From contig DASZTF010000044.1 in the NCBI GenBank assembly GCA_035548315.1, positions 159,615 to 223,614 on the forward strand: a stretch of 64,000 nt of DNA, given 5' to 3'. Each line of letters begins with the position of its first letter. Within the stretch, counting starts at the first letter, position 1. Origin of the DNA: Minisyncoccota bacterium. GTDB lineage: Bacteria > Patescibacteriota > Minisyncoccia > Phycocordibacterales > Phycocordibacteraceae. Made by a program: the position numbers and the translations under genes. Under the pieces are notes generated by a model. That model had not been told where the DNA came from, searched no databases, and was given only the letters and a program-made list of their open reading frames with translations. Of this stretch, positions 54,486-64,000 are shown one piece after another.

Positions 54486-55583
54486 CTAGCTGTGGAGAAA
54501 TACCATCACATCGCCGTCTTTGACCACGTATTCCTTGCCTTCCGTACGGACCTGGCCCTTATCGCGGGCTGCAGGATAGGAGCCCGCCGAGAGGAGGTCG
54601 GCAGCTGCGACTACTTCGGCTCGGATGAACTTGTCCTTGAAATCGTTGTGGATCGCTGCGCCAGCGATGGGTGCCGTTGATCCCTTCACTACCGTCCACG
54701 CGCGCGACTCCTTGGGACCAGTGGTGAAGAACGTGATGAGGCCGAGCGTTTCGTATGCCTTCTGTATCAAATCCGTAAGGCCGTTCACCTGTACCCCGAA
54801 CTCTTGGCGGAATACCTCTTGGTCGCCTTCGGCGACATCGTTCAGCTCACGCTCGGTGTGCGCGTCCACGTGCACATAGCGGCCGCCGAGCGATTCCACG
54901 AGCTCGTATGCGCGGTTAGCACGGTCGTCTCCCATCTCGTGGATATTGTGACCGCCGGCTTTGCCGTTAAACGCGTACAGGAACGGCTTCATGGTGAGTA
55001 GATTGAGTGCCCTCACGCGCGGCAATTCTTCCGTAGTCAGATTCGCGGTGCGCGCCATCTTGCCCTGCGCGAGTGCCTCGCTAACCTTCACGAGCACGGC
55101 GTGCTCAGCAATTGCATCTTTATTCCCTGCCTTCACATCGCGCGTAAGGCGCTCGATGCGCTTCTCTACTTGCTCGCGATCAGCAAGCACGAGCTCCAAG
55201 TTAATGATTTCAATATCGCGGACGGGGTCCACATCGCCATGCACGTGCGTAATATCGGGATCGTCGAAGAAGCGAACCATTTCAAGGATCGCGTCTACTT
55301 CTCGTATGTGCGTAAGGAATTGATTGCCGAGGCCCTCGCCTTCCGATGCGCCCTTCACGAGGCCCGCGATATCGACGAATTCCACGACCGCGGGTACTAC
55401 TTTCTCGCTCGCGGAGAGCTTGGCGAGTGCGTCGAGGCGCTCATCGGGCACGGGCACAATACCGACCGAGGGGTCGATCGTGGCGAACGGATAGTTAGCC
55501 ACCAAGACCTCCTGCTTGGTGAGTGCATTAAAAAGCGTGGACTTCCCCACGTTCGGCAGCCCGACGATTCCGATCTTCAACAT
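54486..55583 (-). CDS. ychF: Ribosome-binding ATPase YchF
   Basis: GIVGLPNVGKST, NYPFATIDP, DIAGLV, TGS domain EGKEYVVKDGD. Confidence 0.97.
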   Translation of the reverse strand: MLKIGIVGLPNVGKSTLFNALTKQEVLVANYPFATIDPSVGIVPVPDERLDALAKLSASEKVVPAVVEFVDIAGLVKGASEGEGLGNQFLTHIREVDAILEMVRFFDDPDITHVHGDVDPVRDIEIINLELVLADREQVEKRIERLTRDVKAGNKDAIAEHAVLVKVSEALAQGKMARTANLTTEELPRVRALNLLTMKPFLYAFNGKAGGHNIHEMGDDRANRAYELVESLGGRYVHVDAHTERELNDVAEGDQEVFRQEFGVQVNGLTDLIQKAYETLGLITFFTTGPKESRAWTVVKGSTAPIAGAAIHNDFKDKFIRAEVVAAADLLSAGSYPAARDKGQVRTEGKEYVVKDGDVMVFLHS

Positions 55584-55597
55584 AGTCTCAACCTACC

Positions 55598-56173
55598 TTA
55601 CTTTCCCTTGCGAGCAAGTTTCTCGACGACGGATACCCACTTGAGGCGGAGTTTTTCGGAAGCCTTTTCTGAGGGGCCGAAAGAGGTGATGTGGGTATGG
55701 AGGCCACCAAAGCGCAAAATAGACCAGCCGATGGAGGCTGAGAAATTGCCAAAGAGCACAGAGTCGTACAGCGGGCGGTTGCTACACAGGATGATCACAC
55801 GCGCAGTCCGACCCTTAAGCAATCGGTGCCAGCCCCACCCATTCTTGTACATGGAGAATGCAAAGTGCGGGAGGAACATGCGGTCCCACATGCCCTTAAG
55901 CTGCGCAGGCATACCACCCCACCAGTTGGGATAGACGAGCACGAAGTGTTCGCACCAGGTGAGGTTCTCCTGGACTTTCAGGAGATCGGGCTCGAGCTCC
56001 ATGCGCTCGCGGTACCCGCGGCGCAGGTTTGCATTAAACTGCATTTCACCCAGATTCATGCGACGGACCTCGTGCCCGGCCTTTCTCGCTGCGGCATCAT
56101 AAGCATCGGCAAGGCGCCGCGAAAGCGGTTCCATCGTGCTATCAGGGTGCCCAAGAAGTATGAAAATTTTCAT
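55598..56173 (-). CDS. NAD(P)H dehydrogenase (quinone), flavodoxin-like
   Basis: LGHP, YPNWWGGMPA.LKG.WDR, LLKGR. Confidence 0.9.
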   Translation of the reverse strand: MKIFILLGHPDSTMEPLSRRLADAYDAAARKAGHEVRRMNLGEMQFNANLRRGYRERMELEPDLLKVQENLTWCEHFVLVYPNWWGGMPAQLKGMWDRMFLPHFAFSMYKNGWGWHRLLKGRTARVIILCSNRPLYDSVLFGNFSASIGWSILRFGGLHTHITSFGPSEKASEKLRLKWVSVVEKLARKGK

Positions 56174-56703
56174 GAGTGCTGGTGCTTATGCCTCATGCTC
56201 GCACGCTCATGCAGGAGCGTCTGCACGTATCCCCAGAACCCGGCGGAGAGGAATATCGCGACGACGTACGTAAACACGAGCAGCAAATAGGACACCGTAA
56301 AGAGCGCGAAGAGGTCGAGGATGAACATCATCCACCATCCGGCGAACACCACCGATGACCCGAGCCACCACGGCCAGCTGCGGCGCGACATGAACCATGC
56401 GCCGAGCGTAATAGCGAGCGCAAGGGTGTTTTGAATCCAGAGCGGTGAGTAGACGAGCGTATCGGGAGAATTGGGGAGGAAGAACTGTACGTACACGAGG
56501 GCGAGACCGGAGAGCAGTACGGTGGTCATGCCCCACCGAAGTGCCCAGAACGCCCGGGCAAAGTATTCGTACTCTTTGCGCTCCACGCGGCCATCGGCGA
56601 TCGCCTTCGCATGCGCGAGTTCTGCATAGGTCACGCCCCCGACACCGAGCGCCGCACCGATAAGGTGGAGTGCGGCGAGCAGCGTGGCGACAGCTTCCAG
56701 CAT
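56170..56703 (-). CDS. Multi-pass membrane protein
   Basis: HL.G.ALGVGG first helix, about 5 TMs. Confidence 0.8.
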   Translation of the reverse strand: MLEAVATLLAALHLIGAALGVGGVTYAELAHAKAIADGRVERKEYEYFARAFWALRWGMTTVLLSGLALVYVQFFLPNSPDTLVYSPLWIQNTLALAITLGAWFMSRRSWPWWLGSSVVFAGWWMMFILDLFALFTVSYLLLVFTYVVAIFLSAGFWGYVQTLLHERASMRHKHQHS

Positions 56704-56706
56704 GAC

Positions 56707-56937
56707 CTAGCGCATCGCGAGCGCCTGGAGCTCGGCGCGGTACTTCTTCATCACCTCCATCGTGGCCTTCATTTCTGTCTCTCCGCCCTTTTTGCGGCGC
56801 TCGACTTCCTCACCAATTTTCTTAAAGAGTTCGGGGTCCTTCTCGACGAGTGCGATGATCTGCTCCTGCTGAGCGGCAGGAACGTTCTTCATTTTCCACT
56901 TCATCGCCTGCTTCAAAAGGAATGACTGTACCGACAT
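56707..56937 (-). CDS. Small helical hypothetical protein
   Basis: 76 aa, K.VP..QQE.I..LVEKDPELFKKI..E; -10 box 6 nt upstream. Confidence 0.75.
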   Translation of the reverse strand: MSVQSFLLKQAMKWKMKNVPAAQQEQIIALVEKDPELFKKIGEEVERRKKGGETEMKATMEVMKKYRAELQALAMR

Positions 56938-57017
56938 ATGAACACTCTACCACATTGAGTTCGATGCATGAACTGTGGTATAACGGTCTCTGCGCAGCGC
57001 CAGGACGGGAGGTATGT

Positions 57018-57191
57018 ATGAGCGGCGAGCGTATCAAGAAGATCACTCCAGTGCCAAATCCTGCACCCGGGAACAGTGTCCCGCCGGTGGCCGCCAGTCC
57101 AGTTGGCTCAAATGCCGACTCGAAGACTGCGAAGGGTCATCGCGATGATGGTGACATCCCCTTTTCCCAGGGTGGCAGCAATATGGGGTGA
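57018..57191 (+). CDS. 57-aa Pro/Ser-rich small protein
   Basis: GGGAGG SD, TGGTATAAC -10 upstream, hairpin downstream. Confidence 0.5.
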   Translation: MSGERIKKITPVPNPAPGNSVPPVAASPVGSNADSKTAKGHRDDGDIPFSQGGSNMG

Positions 57192-57200
57192 GGAGCGCCT

Positions 57201-57249
57201 GAAATGTGAGAACGCCCGAGGTTCTCACATCTCGGGCGTTTTCCATTTC
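57201..57249. terminator. Terminator region with two interleaved 10-bp inverted repeats
   Basis: ATGTGAGAAC/GTTCTCACAT and AACGCCCGAG/CTCGGGCGTT. Confidence 0.65.
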
Positions 57250-57258
57250 CGATCGATG

Positions 57259-57504
57259 CTACAACAGCACCGTTGCCTGATTGCTGGAAATTTCGGCGAC
57301 GCCGCCGTCAACTTCAATTGATTGGCGAGTACCGTCCGCTGTTTTTACGACTGCAGTACCCTTCTTGAGTTCTGAGACGAGCGGTTCGTGGTGCGCCATC
57401 ACGGTGAACACACCATCCACGCCAGGCAGCGTGACTGCCTGCGCCTCTCCGTCGAAGAGGTTCTCGCCAACTTTTGCAATTGTTAGGTGGAACGTCTTAG
57501 CCAT
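57259..57504 (-). CDS. atpC: ATP synthase epsilon subunit (N-terminal domain only)
   Basis: LPGVDGVFTVMAHHEPLVS, VDGGVAE; last gene of the atp operon. Confidence 0.9.
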   Translation of the reverse strand: MAKTFHLTIAKVGENLFDGEAQAVTLPGVDGVFTVMAHHEPLVSELKKGTAVVKTADGTRQSIEVDGGVAEISSNQATVLL

Positions 57505-57507
57505 GAG

Positions 57508-58899
<1,392 letters not shown>

Positions 58900-59244
58900 T
58901 TAATGTGTGCCCTGCAACGATCCTTGAATTTTCACTTTGAGGTCATCGAGCTGCCTTCTTGTTCTTTTGATGCGCTCTTCCCCGTCAGGAGTGCCAGAAA
59001 CGTATTGGTTATCCTCATTTACCTCATGTTCCCAAGCGGCAAAGAGGTTGTCGACGATGGCCGGAAAATCTTCATTCTTGAATGCTGCGTACGTTGACGT
59101 TGCGTTAATTTCAGCGAGAAATCGTGATTCCAGCGGCTCACCGATTTCGCTTTCTCGCACTAAATCAGACCAATGGTTCCATAGTCTGCCGTACTTTTTT
59201 TCGAAAGGGCTAAGCTGGTCGAACGTCTGGGTAGGCTTTTCCAT
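58900..59244 (-). CDS. Hypothetical protein inserted between atpG and atpD
   Basis: 114-aa ORF from ATG 59244, more AT-rich than its neighbours. Confidence 0.65.
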   Translation of the reverse strand: MEKPTQTFDQLSPFEKKYGRLWNHWSDLVRESEIGEPLESRFLAEINATSTYAAFKNEDFPAIVDNLFAAWEHEVNEDNQYVSGTPDGEERIKRTRRQLDDLKVKIQGSLQGTH

Positions 59245-59251
59245 ATATGTA

Positions 59252-60160
59252 TTACGAAGCCAGTGCTTCGCGGCCTGACACAATTTCCGACACTTCGCGC
59301 GTGATGGCGGCCTGACGGATCTTGTTGAACTTGCGGGTAAGCTCGTGCGCCACCTCCTTCGACTTGTCCGAGGCATTCTTCATCGCCACCATGCGTGCCG
59401 AGTGCTCGGAAGCCTTGGATTCGAGCAGCATGTGGTAGAGCGAGACGGCGACGAGACGCGGAATAAGTACGCCGAGCACTACCTCCGCTGACGGCTCGAC
59501 GTTATACGCCGCCGGCGCCTTTGCATCCTCGACATCACTCCACTTACCCCGCACCGGGATGATGTCGGAGACGAGTCCGCGCACGCCGTCCACGGAGAGT
59601 GGGAGCAGGCGGCGAGACGTCGGGATCTGCTCGAACGTCGACTTGAAGTTGCTGTACGCCGCGATCACTTCGTCGAATTCTCCCGCGACGAAGCCGCGCG
59701 ACAGCTCACTCGAGAGCTCTTGCATAACCGCCGGCGGCACGTCGTCGCGTTTGTTTTCAATCGCTTTTACCACGTTGTACCCGCGACGTGAGAAGAATTC
59801 ATCCGCCTTGCGGCCGTACGCATACACGCGAATCGATTCCTTCGGGCGGCCCTCGATTGCCGTGACGGCGGCCTTGAGTACGCCGGAATTGAGCGCGCCG
59901 GCAAGACCCTTATCGCTCGTGATCACGACAAGCGCGGTGTTCTTCACCGGGCGCGCCGTGGCGAGCGGATGGCGCTTGAGGTCACTCGTGCCAGAAAGGC
60001 GCGAGAGGATCTGGAGCGCAGCGCGCGCGTACGCGCGACCGGCGAGCGCGGTCTGCTGCGTCTTGCGCATCTTTACTGCCGAGACAGCCTCCATGGCCCG
60101 CGTCACCTTATTGGTGCGCAGCTTGGCTCCTATCGCGTTTTTAATGTCTTTCAGCGCCAT
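59252..60160 (-). CDS. atpG: ATP synthase gamma subunit
   Basis: KVTRAMEAVSAVKM, TSDKGLAGALN, SEHSARMVAM, RQAAITRE. Confidence 0.97.
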   Translation of the reverse strand: MALKDIKNAIGAKLRTNKVTRAMEAVSAVKMRKTQQTALAGRAYARAALQILSRLSGTSDLKRHPLATARPVKNTALVVITSDKGLAGALNSGVLKAAVTAIEGRPKESIRVYAYGRKADEFFSRRGYNVVKAIENKRDDVPPAVMQELSSELSRGFVAGEFDEVIAAYSNFKSTFEQIPTSRRLLPLSVDGVRGLVSDIIPVRGKWSDVEDAKAPAAYNVEPSAEVVLGVLIPRLVAVSLYHMLLESKASEHSARMVAMKNASDKSKEVAHELTRKFNKIRQAAITREVSEIVSGREALAS

Positions 60161-60166
60161 GAGTGG

Positions 60167-61711
60167 TTACGCGGTCTCGACGAATCGAGCGAGTTTCTCC
60201 TTGAGGGATGCTTCCGTTGCTTCCTCGATATTCTTCGACGACTTGATCGCCTCGAGTTCAGCCTTTGCTTCGCGCATGAGGAAGTCGCGGAGCTTCTTCT
60301 CCATCGTCGAGATCTGCTCCGGTGCGAATGTGTCCATGAAGCCGTTCGTCGCCGCGAAGATCACCGCTGCCTCCATTTCAAACGGAAGCGGCTCGCCGCG
60401 ATTCTGCTTCAACATCTCTGTCATGCGACGACCAGAGTCGATCTGACGCTTGGTGTCTGCGTCGAGGTCGCTCGAGAACTGCATGAATGCTTCGAGTTCG
60501 CGGAACTGCGCGAGCTCGTTCTTGATCTTGCCCGAGACTTTCTTCATAGCCTTGGTCTGCGCTGCAGAACCCACGCGCGACACGGAGATACCCACGTTCA
60601 CCGCCGGGCGCTGGCCCTTGTTGAAGAGACTCGACTCGAGGAAGATCTGACCGTCCGTGATCGAGATCACGTTCGTCGGGATGTACGCCGAGACATCGTT
60701 GTCCTGCGTCTCGATGACCGGAAGCGCGGTGAGCGAACCACCACCCTTTTCCTTGGAGAGCTTTGCCGCACGCTCGAGGAGACGCGAGTGCAGGTAGAAC
60801 ACGTCGCCCGGGTATGCTTCGCGACCCGGTGGGCGGCGCAGGAGGAGCGACATCTGGCGGTACGCGACAGCCTGCTTCGAGAGGTCATCGTACACCACGA
60901 GCGCGTCTTTACCCTGCTCCATGAAGTGCTCGCCGATCGTTGCGCCAGCAAACGGTGCGAGGAACTGGAGCGCGGCCGGTGCAGACGCCGGGGCGGTCAC
61001 GACGACGGTGTATGCCATCGCGCCTTTCTCGGTGAGTTCTGCGACGAGCTTTGCGGTCTTCGATTCCTTCTGGCCGATCGCCACGTAGATACAAATGGGG
61101 CGCGTCGCTTCAGGCTCGGAGAGCTGATTGAGGATCGTGTCGATGGCCACCGCAGTCTTACCAGTACCGCGGTCACCAATGATGAGCTCACGCTGTCCGC
61201 GACCGATCGGGATCATGGCGTCAATAGCCTTGATACCCGTGTGGAGCGGGACGTTCACCGGAGAACGATCGATCACGCCGTACGCTTCGCGCTCGATCGG
61301 CTTCTGGTTCGTCGCGCCGGTGGGGCCCTTGCCGTCTACCGGCTCGCCGAGCGGGTTCACCACGCGACCCACGAGCGAGTCGCCGACCGGGATTGAGAGG
61401 AGGCGCTTCATACGGCGCACGAGCATGCCCTCGTACACCTTCGACGAGTCACTGAGGATCACAGCGCGGACGCCGCCCTCTTCGAGGTTGAGCACGAGGC
61501 CGTAGAGGGGCTCCGGATCCTTGAGCGCAGCTTCAAGACTGCGGTCAAAGGTCGGGTCGAACAGCACCATTTCAGTCATGACGGCCTGGTCGAGACCATC
61601 AATCTCTGCGATGCCGTCACCGGTTGCACGCACGATACCGACTTCCTCGGTACCGCCCTCGGGCTTCCACGCCGCGATCTCCCGTTCGATTTGTTTGATA
61701 ACCGACTCCAT
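60167..61711 (-). CDS. atpA: ATP synthase alpha subunit
   Basis: [32 protein letters not shown]. Confidence 0.99.
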   Translation of the reverse strand: MESVIKQIEREIAAWKPEGGTEEVGIVRATGDGIAEIDGLDQAVMTEMVLFDPTFDRSLEAALKDPEPLYGLVLNLEEGGVRAVILSDSSKVYEGMLVRRMKRLLSIPVGDSLVGRVVNPLGEPVDGKGPTGATNQKPIEREAYGVIDRSPVNVPLHTGIKAIDAMIPIGRGQRELIIGDRGTGKTAVAIDTILNQLSEPEATRPICIYVAIGQKESKTAKLVAELTEKGAMAYTVVVTAPASAPAALQFLAPFAGATIGEHFMEQGKDALVVYDDLSKQAVAYRQMSLLLRRPPGREAYPGDVFYLHSRLLERAAKLSKEKGGGSLTALPVIETQDNDVSAYIPTNVISITDGQIFLESSLFNKGQRPAVNVGISVSRVGSAAQTKAMKKVSGKIKNELAQFRELEAFMQFSSDLDADTKRQIDSGRRMTEMLKQNRGEPLPFEMEAAVIFAATNGFMDTFAPEQISTMEKKLRDFLMREAKAELEAIKSSKNIEEATEASLKEKLARFVETA

Positions 61712-61718
61712 AAAGCTA

Positions 61719-61973
61719 TTACTTATGCACCTGGGTAATGTTCTTATACATATCGATGAGCGCGCGCTTGCCGGTCGTATCCGTCAGCATGCCGTTCTCG
61801 AGTGTACGCGAACCAGAAATAAGATCTGGATTATCCTTGGCACTCTCAGTGCGCGGCGCGAGCTTTGCATCGCGCGCGGCGGCTTCCTTGAGCTCGCGCA
61901 ACACTTGCGGCAGGAGCTTCATGCGTCCTGTCTTCTTCAAGTGCTCGAGAAACTTCGGGTAATCCTTGATCAT
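61719..61973 (-). CDS. atpH: Highly reduced ATP synthase delta-like subunit
   Basis: Lies between atpF and atpA; NPDLISG......LTDTT resembles the delta C-terminal motif. Confidence 0.6.
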   Translation of the reverse strand: MIKDYPKFLEHLKKTGRMKLLPQVLRELKEAAARDAKLAPRTESAKDNPDLISGSRTLENGMLTDTTGKRALIDMYKNITQVHK

Positions 61974-61977
61974 ATGG

Positions 61978-62424
61978 TTACGCCTTCTCCTGCATCACCC
62001 TTGCCGCGGCAAGCATCGCGAGGCGTGCGATCTCCTTCTCGCTCTCGCGAAGTGCTTTCGCCGATGCTTCCTTGGCGCGCGCCTCGGCGTCACTCTCCAC
62101 CTGCGCTGCGCGCGATTCTGCCTCGCGGATGATGCCTGCCTTCGTCTCATTCGCGCTCTGGCGCGCGGTGTCGACGATACTCGACGCCTCTGACTCAGCC
62201 GTCTTGAGGCGCATCGCAGCCTCGCTCTCCGCGGCAGAGAGCTTTTCTGCAGCTGCGTGAGCGTCCTTGACACCCTGCGCGAGCACTGCTTGGCGCTCTG
62301 ACACCATTTTCTGCACCGGCTTGTAGAGAAGCCAGGTGAGAAGGGCGACGAGCACCACAAAGTTCACGATGTACGCGAAGAGAAGGTGCCAGTCGATGCC
62401 GAAGCTTGAGATGAGTGCAGACAT
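61978..62424 (-). CDS. atpF: ATP synthase b subunit
   Basis: FGIDW.L...IVNF.VL...L..LLYKP, coiled coil. Confidence 0.93.
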   Translation of the reverse strand: MSALISSFGIDWHLLFAYIVNFVVLVALLTWLLYKPVQKMVSERQAVLAQGVKDAHAAAEKLSAAESEAAMRLKTAESEASSIVDTARQSANETKAGIIREAESRAAQVESDAEARAKEASAKALRESEKEIARLAMLAAARVMQEKA

Positions 62425-62447
62425 AGATAATGAAGAAATGCAGTGGA

Positions 62448-62535
62448 AGCGCTCCGCGGTATTAGCCCCTGCGCTCCGGGTCCCGACTGTCTTCGCAGTT
62501 ACCCCGAGTCGCTCAGTGGCCAATACCGCTCCGCG

Positions 62536-62537
<2 letters not shown>
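62448..62537 (-). repeat. Intergenic hairpin element C (atpE-atpF)
   Basis: Minus strand AGCGC-GGA-GC-GGTATT...AATACC-GC-GGA-GCGCT. Confidence 0.7.
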
Positions 62538-62814
<277 letters not shown>

Positions 62815-62822
62815 TCAAAGGC

Positions 62823-63644
62823 TTACGCCTCTGCGTGATGCAGCCCTTCCTCCAAGGCTTCGCTCATCGCGAGCGAGGCGTGCTCTTCAGAGTGTGCCTC
62901 GTCGTGGATCTCGATCGCGATCTTCGTGAAGAAGAGCGTGAGAAGCGCGAAGATCGCCGCCTGGATGAATCCGACGAACGTCTCGAACGCGAGGAACGGC
63001 ACCGGCAAGAAGAGCGGGACGAAGAACCCGATCACCAGAATGAGTACCTTGCCGGCAAAGACATTGCCGAAAAGACGGAACGAGTAGGAAATGAGACGAG
63101 CGAACTCAGAGACGAGCTCGATAAGACCCACGACGAACTTGATCGGCGACTGGAAATTGAGGAACTTTTTGGCATACGTGAAGAATCCCATGGTGGTGAC
63201 GCCAAAGAACTCGATCGCGAGGAAGGCGATGAGCGCGAGCGAGAATGTGAAGTTGAGGTCCGTAGCGCCCGAATAGAAGTAGCTCGTGACTTCCCCGCCC
63301 GGCGTGGCCGGGGCAATACCAACGCCCTCAGTGATCGGCAGAAGACCGAACCAATTCTGGAGGAGGACGAGCAGGAAGATGGTCATGATGACCGGGAATA
63401 TGCGCTTGGTGACCGCGTCGTTCTGGAGTGTATCGCGGGTGAATTCGTACGGATACATGACGAGTAGCTCTACAACCGACTGGAACTTCCCCGGAATGAG
63501 CTTGAGGTTGCGGCCGGCGAGCCAGGCAAAAAGCACGAGGAGTAGCGAGACGGTAATAGTCGTGACCAAGGTATTGGTCACGGGGAAAGTACCGATATGA
63601 AACAGCGCCAAAGGCGCCAGGTGTATGGATATACCCCCCTCCAT
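62823..63644 (-). CDS. atpB: ATP synthase a subunit
   Basis: NWFGLLP, SYSFRLFGNVFAG, E.FVGFIQA.IF. Confidence 0.96.
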   Translation of the reverse strand: MEGGISIHLAPLALFHIGTFPVTNTLVTTITVSLLLVLFAWLAGRNLKLIPGKFQSVVELLVMYPYEFTRDTLQNDAVTKRIFPVIMTIFLLVLLQNWFGLLPITEGVGIAPATPGGEVTSYFYSGATDLNFTFSLALIAFLAIEFFGVTTMGFFTYAKKFLNFQSPIKFVVGLIELVSEFARLISYSFRLFGNVFAGKVLILVIGFFVPLFLPVPFLAFETFVGFIQAAIFALLTLFFTKIAIEIHDEAHSEEHASLAMSEALEEGLHHAEA

Positions 63645-63666
63645 GTCTACGCATTCTAGCAGAAAA

Positions 63667-63729
63667 CTCGCTATCCACAATGCAGAATGGGCCCCGAGAC
63701 ATGCTCGGAGCCCGTTCTAATGTAGCGAG
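63667..63729 (-). terminator. Long hairpin after speD (terminator or repeat element)
   Basis: CTCGCTA...AGAATGGGC.CCGAG-ACATG-CTCGG.GCCCGTTCT...TAGCGAG. Confidence 0.55.
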
Positions 63730-63732
63730 GTC

Positions 63733-64000
63733 TTACACCACCCCGCGTTTGTGCTCACCGACCACGACACGGCGGGGTTTGAACGCTCGTTTGAAGACCT
63801 CCAGGGCCTTCCGAGGCTCTGCATCCCCACACATGAAGACGTCGAACGCTGCGTATCCCTTTTCCGGCCAAGTATGGACGCTGATGTGGCTTTCCGCGAG
63901 GACCGCCACACCGCTGACTCCGCCACCGTCGTTGAAGGTGTGCAGGTGGATGTGAAGCAGGGTTGCCCCGGCTTCCTTCACGGCATCGATGAGCGCCTGC
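63733..64000 (-). CDS. speD: S-adenosylmethionine decarboxylase proenzyme (3' part)
   Basis: GGVSGVAVLAESHISVHTWPE.GYAAFDVFMCG (ESH pyruvoyl cleavage site). Confidence 0.92.
   Translation of the reverse strand, partial: QALIDAVKEAGATLLHIHLHTFNDGGGVSGVAVLAESHISVHTWPEKGYAAFDVFMCGDAEPRKALEVFKRAFKPRRVVVGEHKRGVV

Overview
GC-rich (roughly 60%, estimated by eye) chromosomal segment of a Patescibacteria/CPR bacterium, most likely Parcubacteria (Kaiserbacteria-like). The placement is inferred from the minimal AlaRS, archaeal-type AspRS, truncated ATP synthase delta/epsilon and several CPR-typical hypothetical proteins. Most of the window is housekeeping: six aminoacyl-tRNA synthetases (cysS, aspS, trpS, tyrS, alaS, leuS), dnaB, recR, rmuC, scpAB, mraY/ftsW/mltG, grpE-dnaK-dnaJ, the infA-rpsI ribosomal operon, the F-type ATP synthase operon, a three-gene pilB-pilC-pilin cluster and two tRNAs (Glu-CTC, Tyr-GTA). 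Small accessory genes are interspersed. I found no CRISPR array, prophage or transposase. The most notable observations are: (1) related GA-rich hairpin elements, three of 77-90 nt placed directly at stop codons between genes, plus two short palindromes that lie in frame inside leuS and ung, possibly an undescribed miniature mobile/regulatory repeat system; (2) a LeuRS whose editing region carries two whole inserted enzymes (an alpha/beta-hydrolase and a Nudix hydrolase); (3) about 17 genes with a -10 box 6-8 nt before the start codon, suggesting leaderless mRNAs, whereas accessory genes have SD sequences and a shared TAAATAGTG-like promoter motif; (4) small ORFs missing from the supplied track (a 48-aa zinc ribbon, a 15-aa peptide cassette, zinc-free L36) and a candidate ncRNA of about 200 nt. 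All calls come from reading the sequence; no database searches were run.
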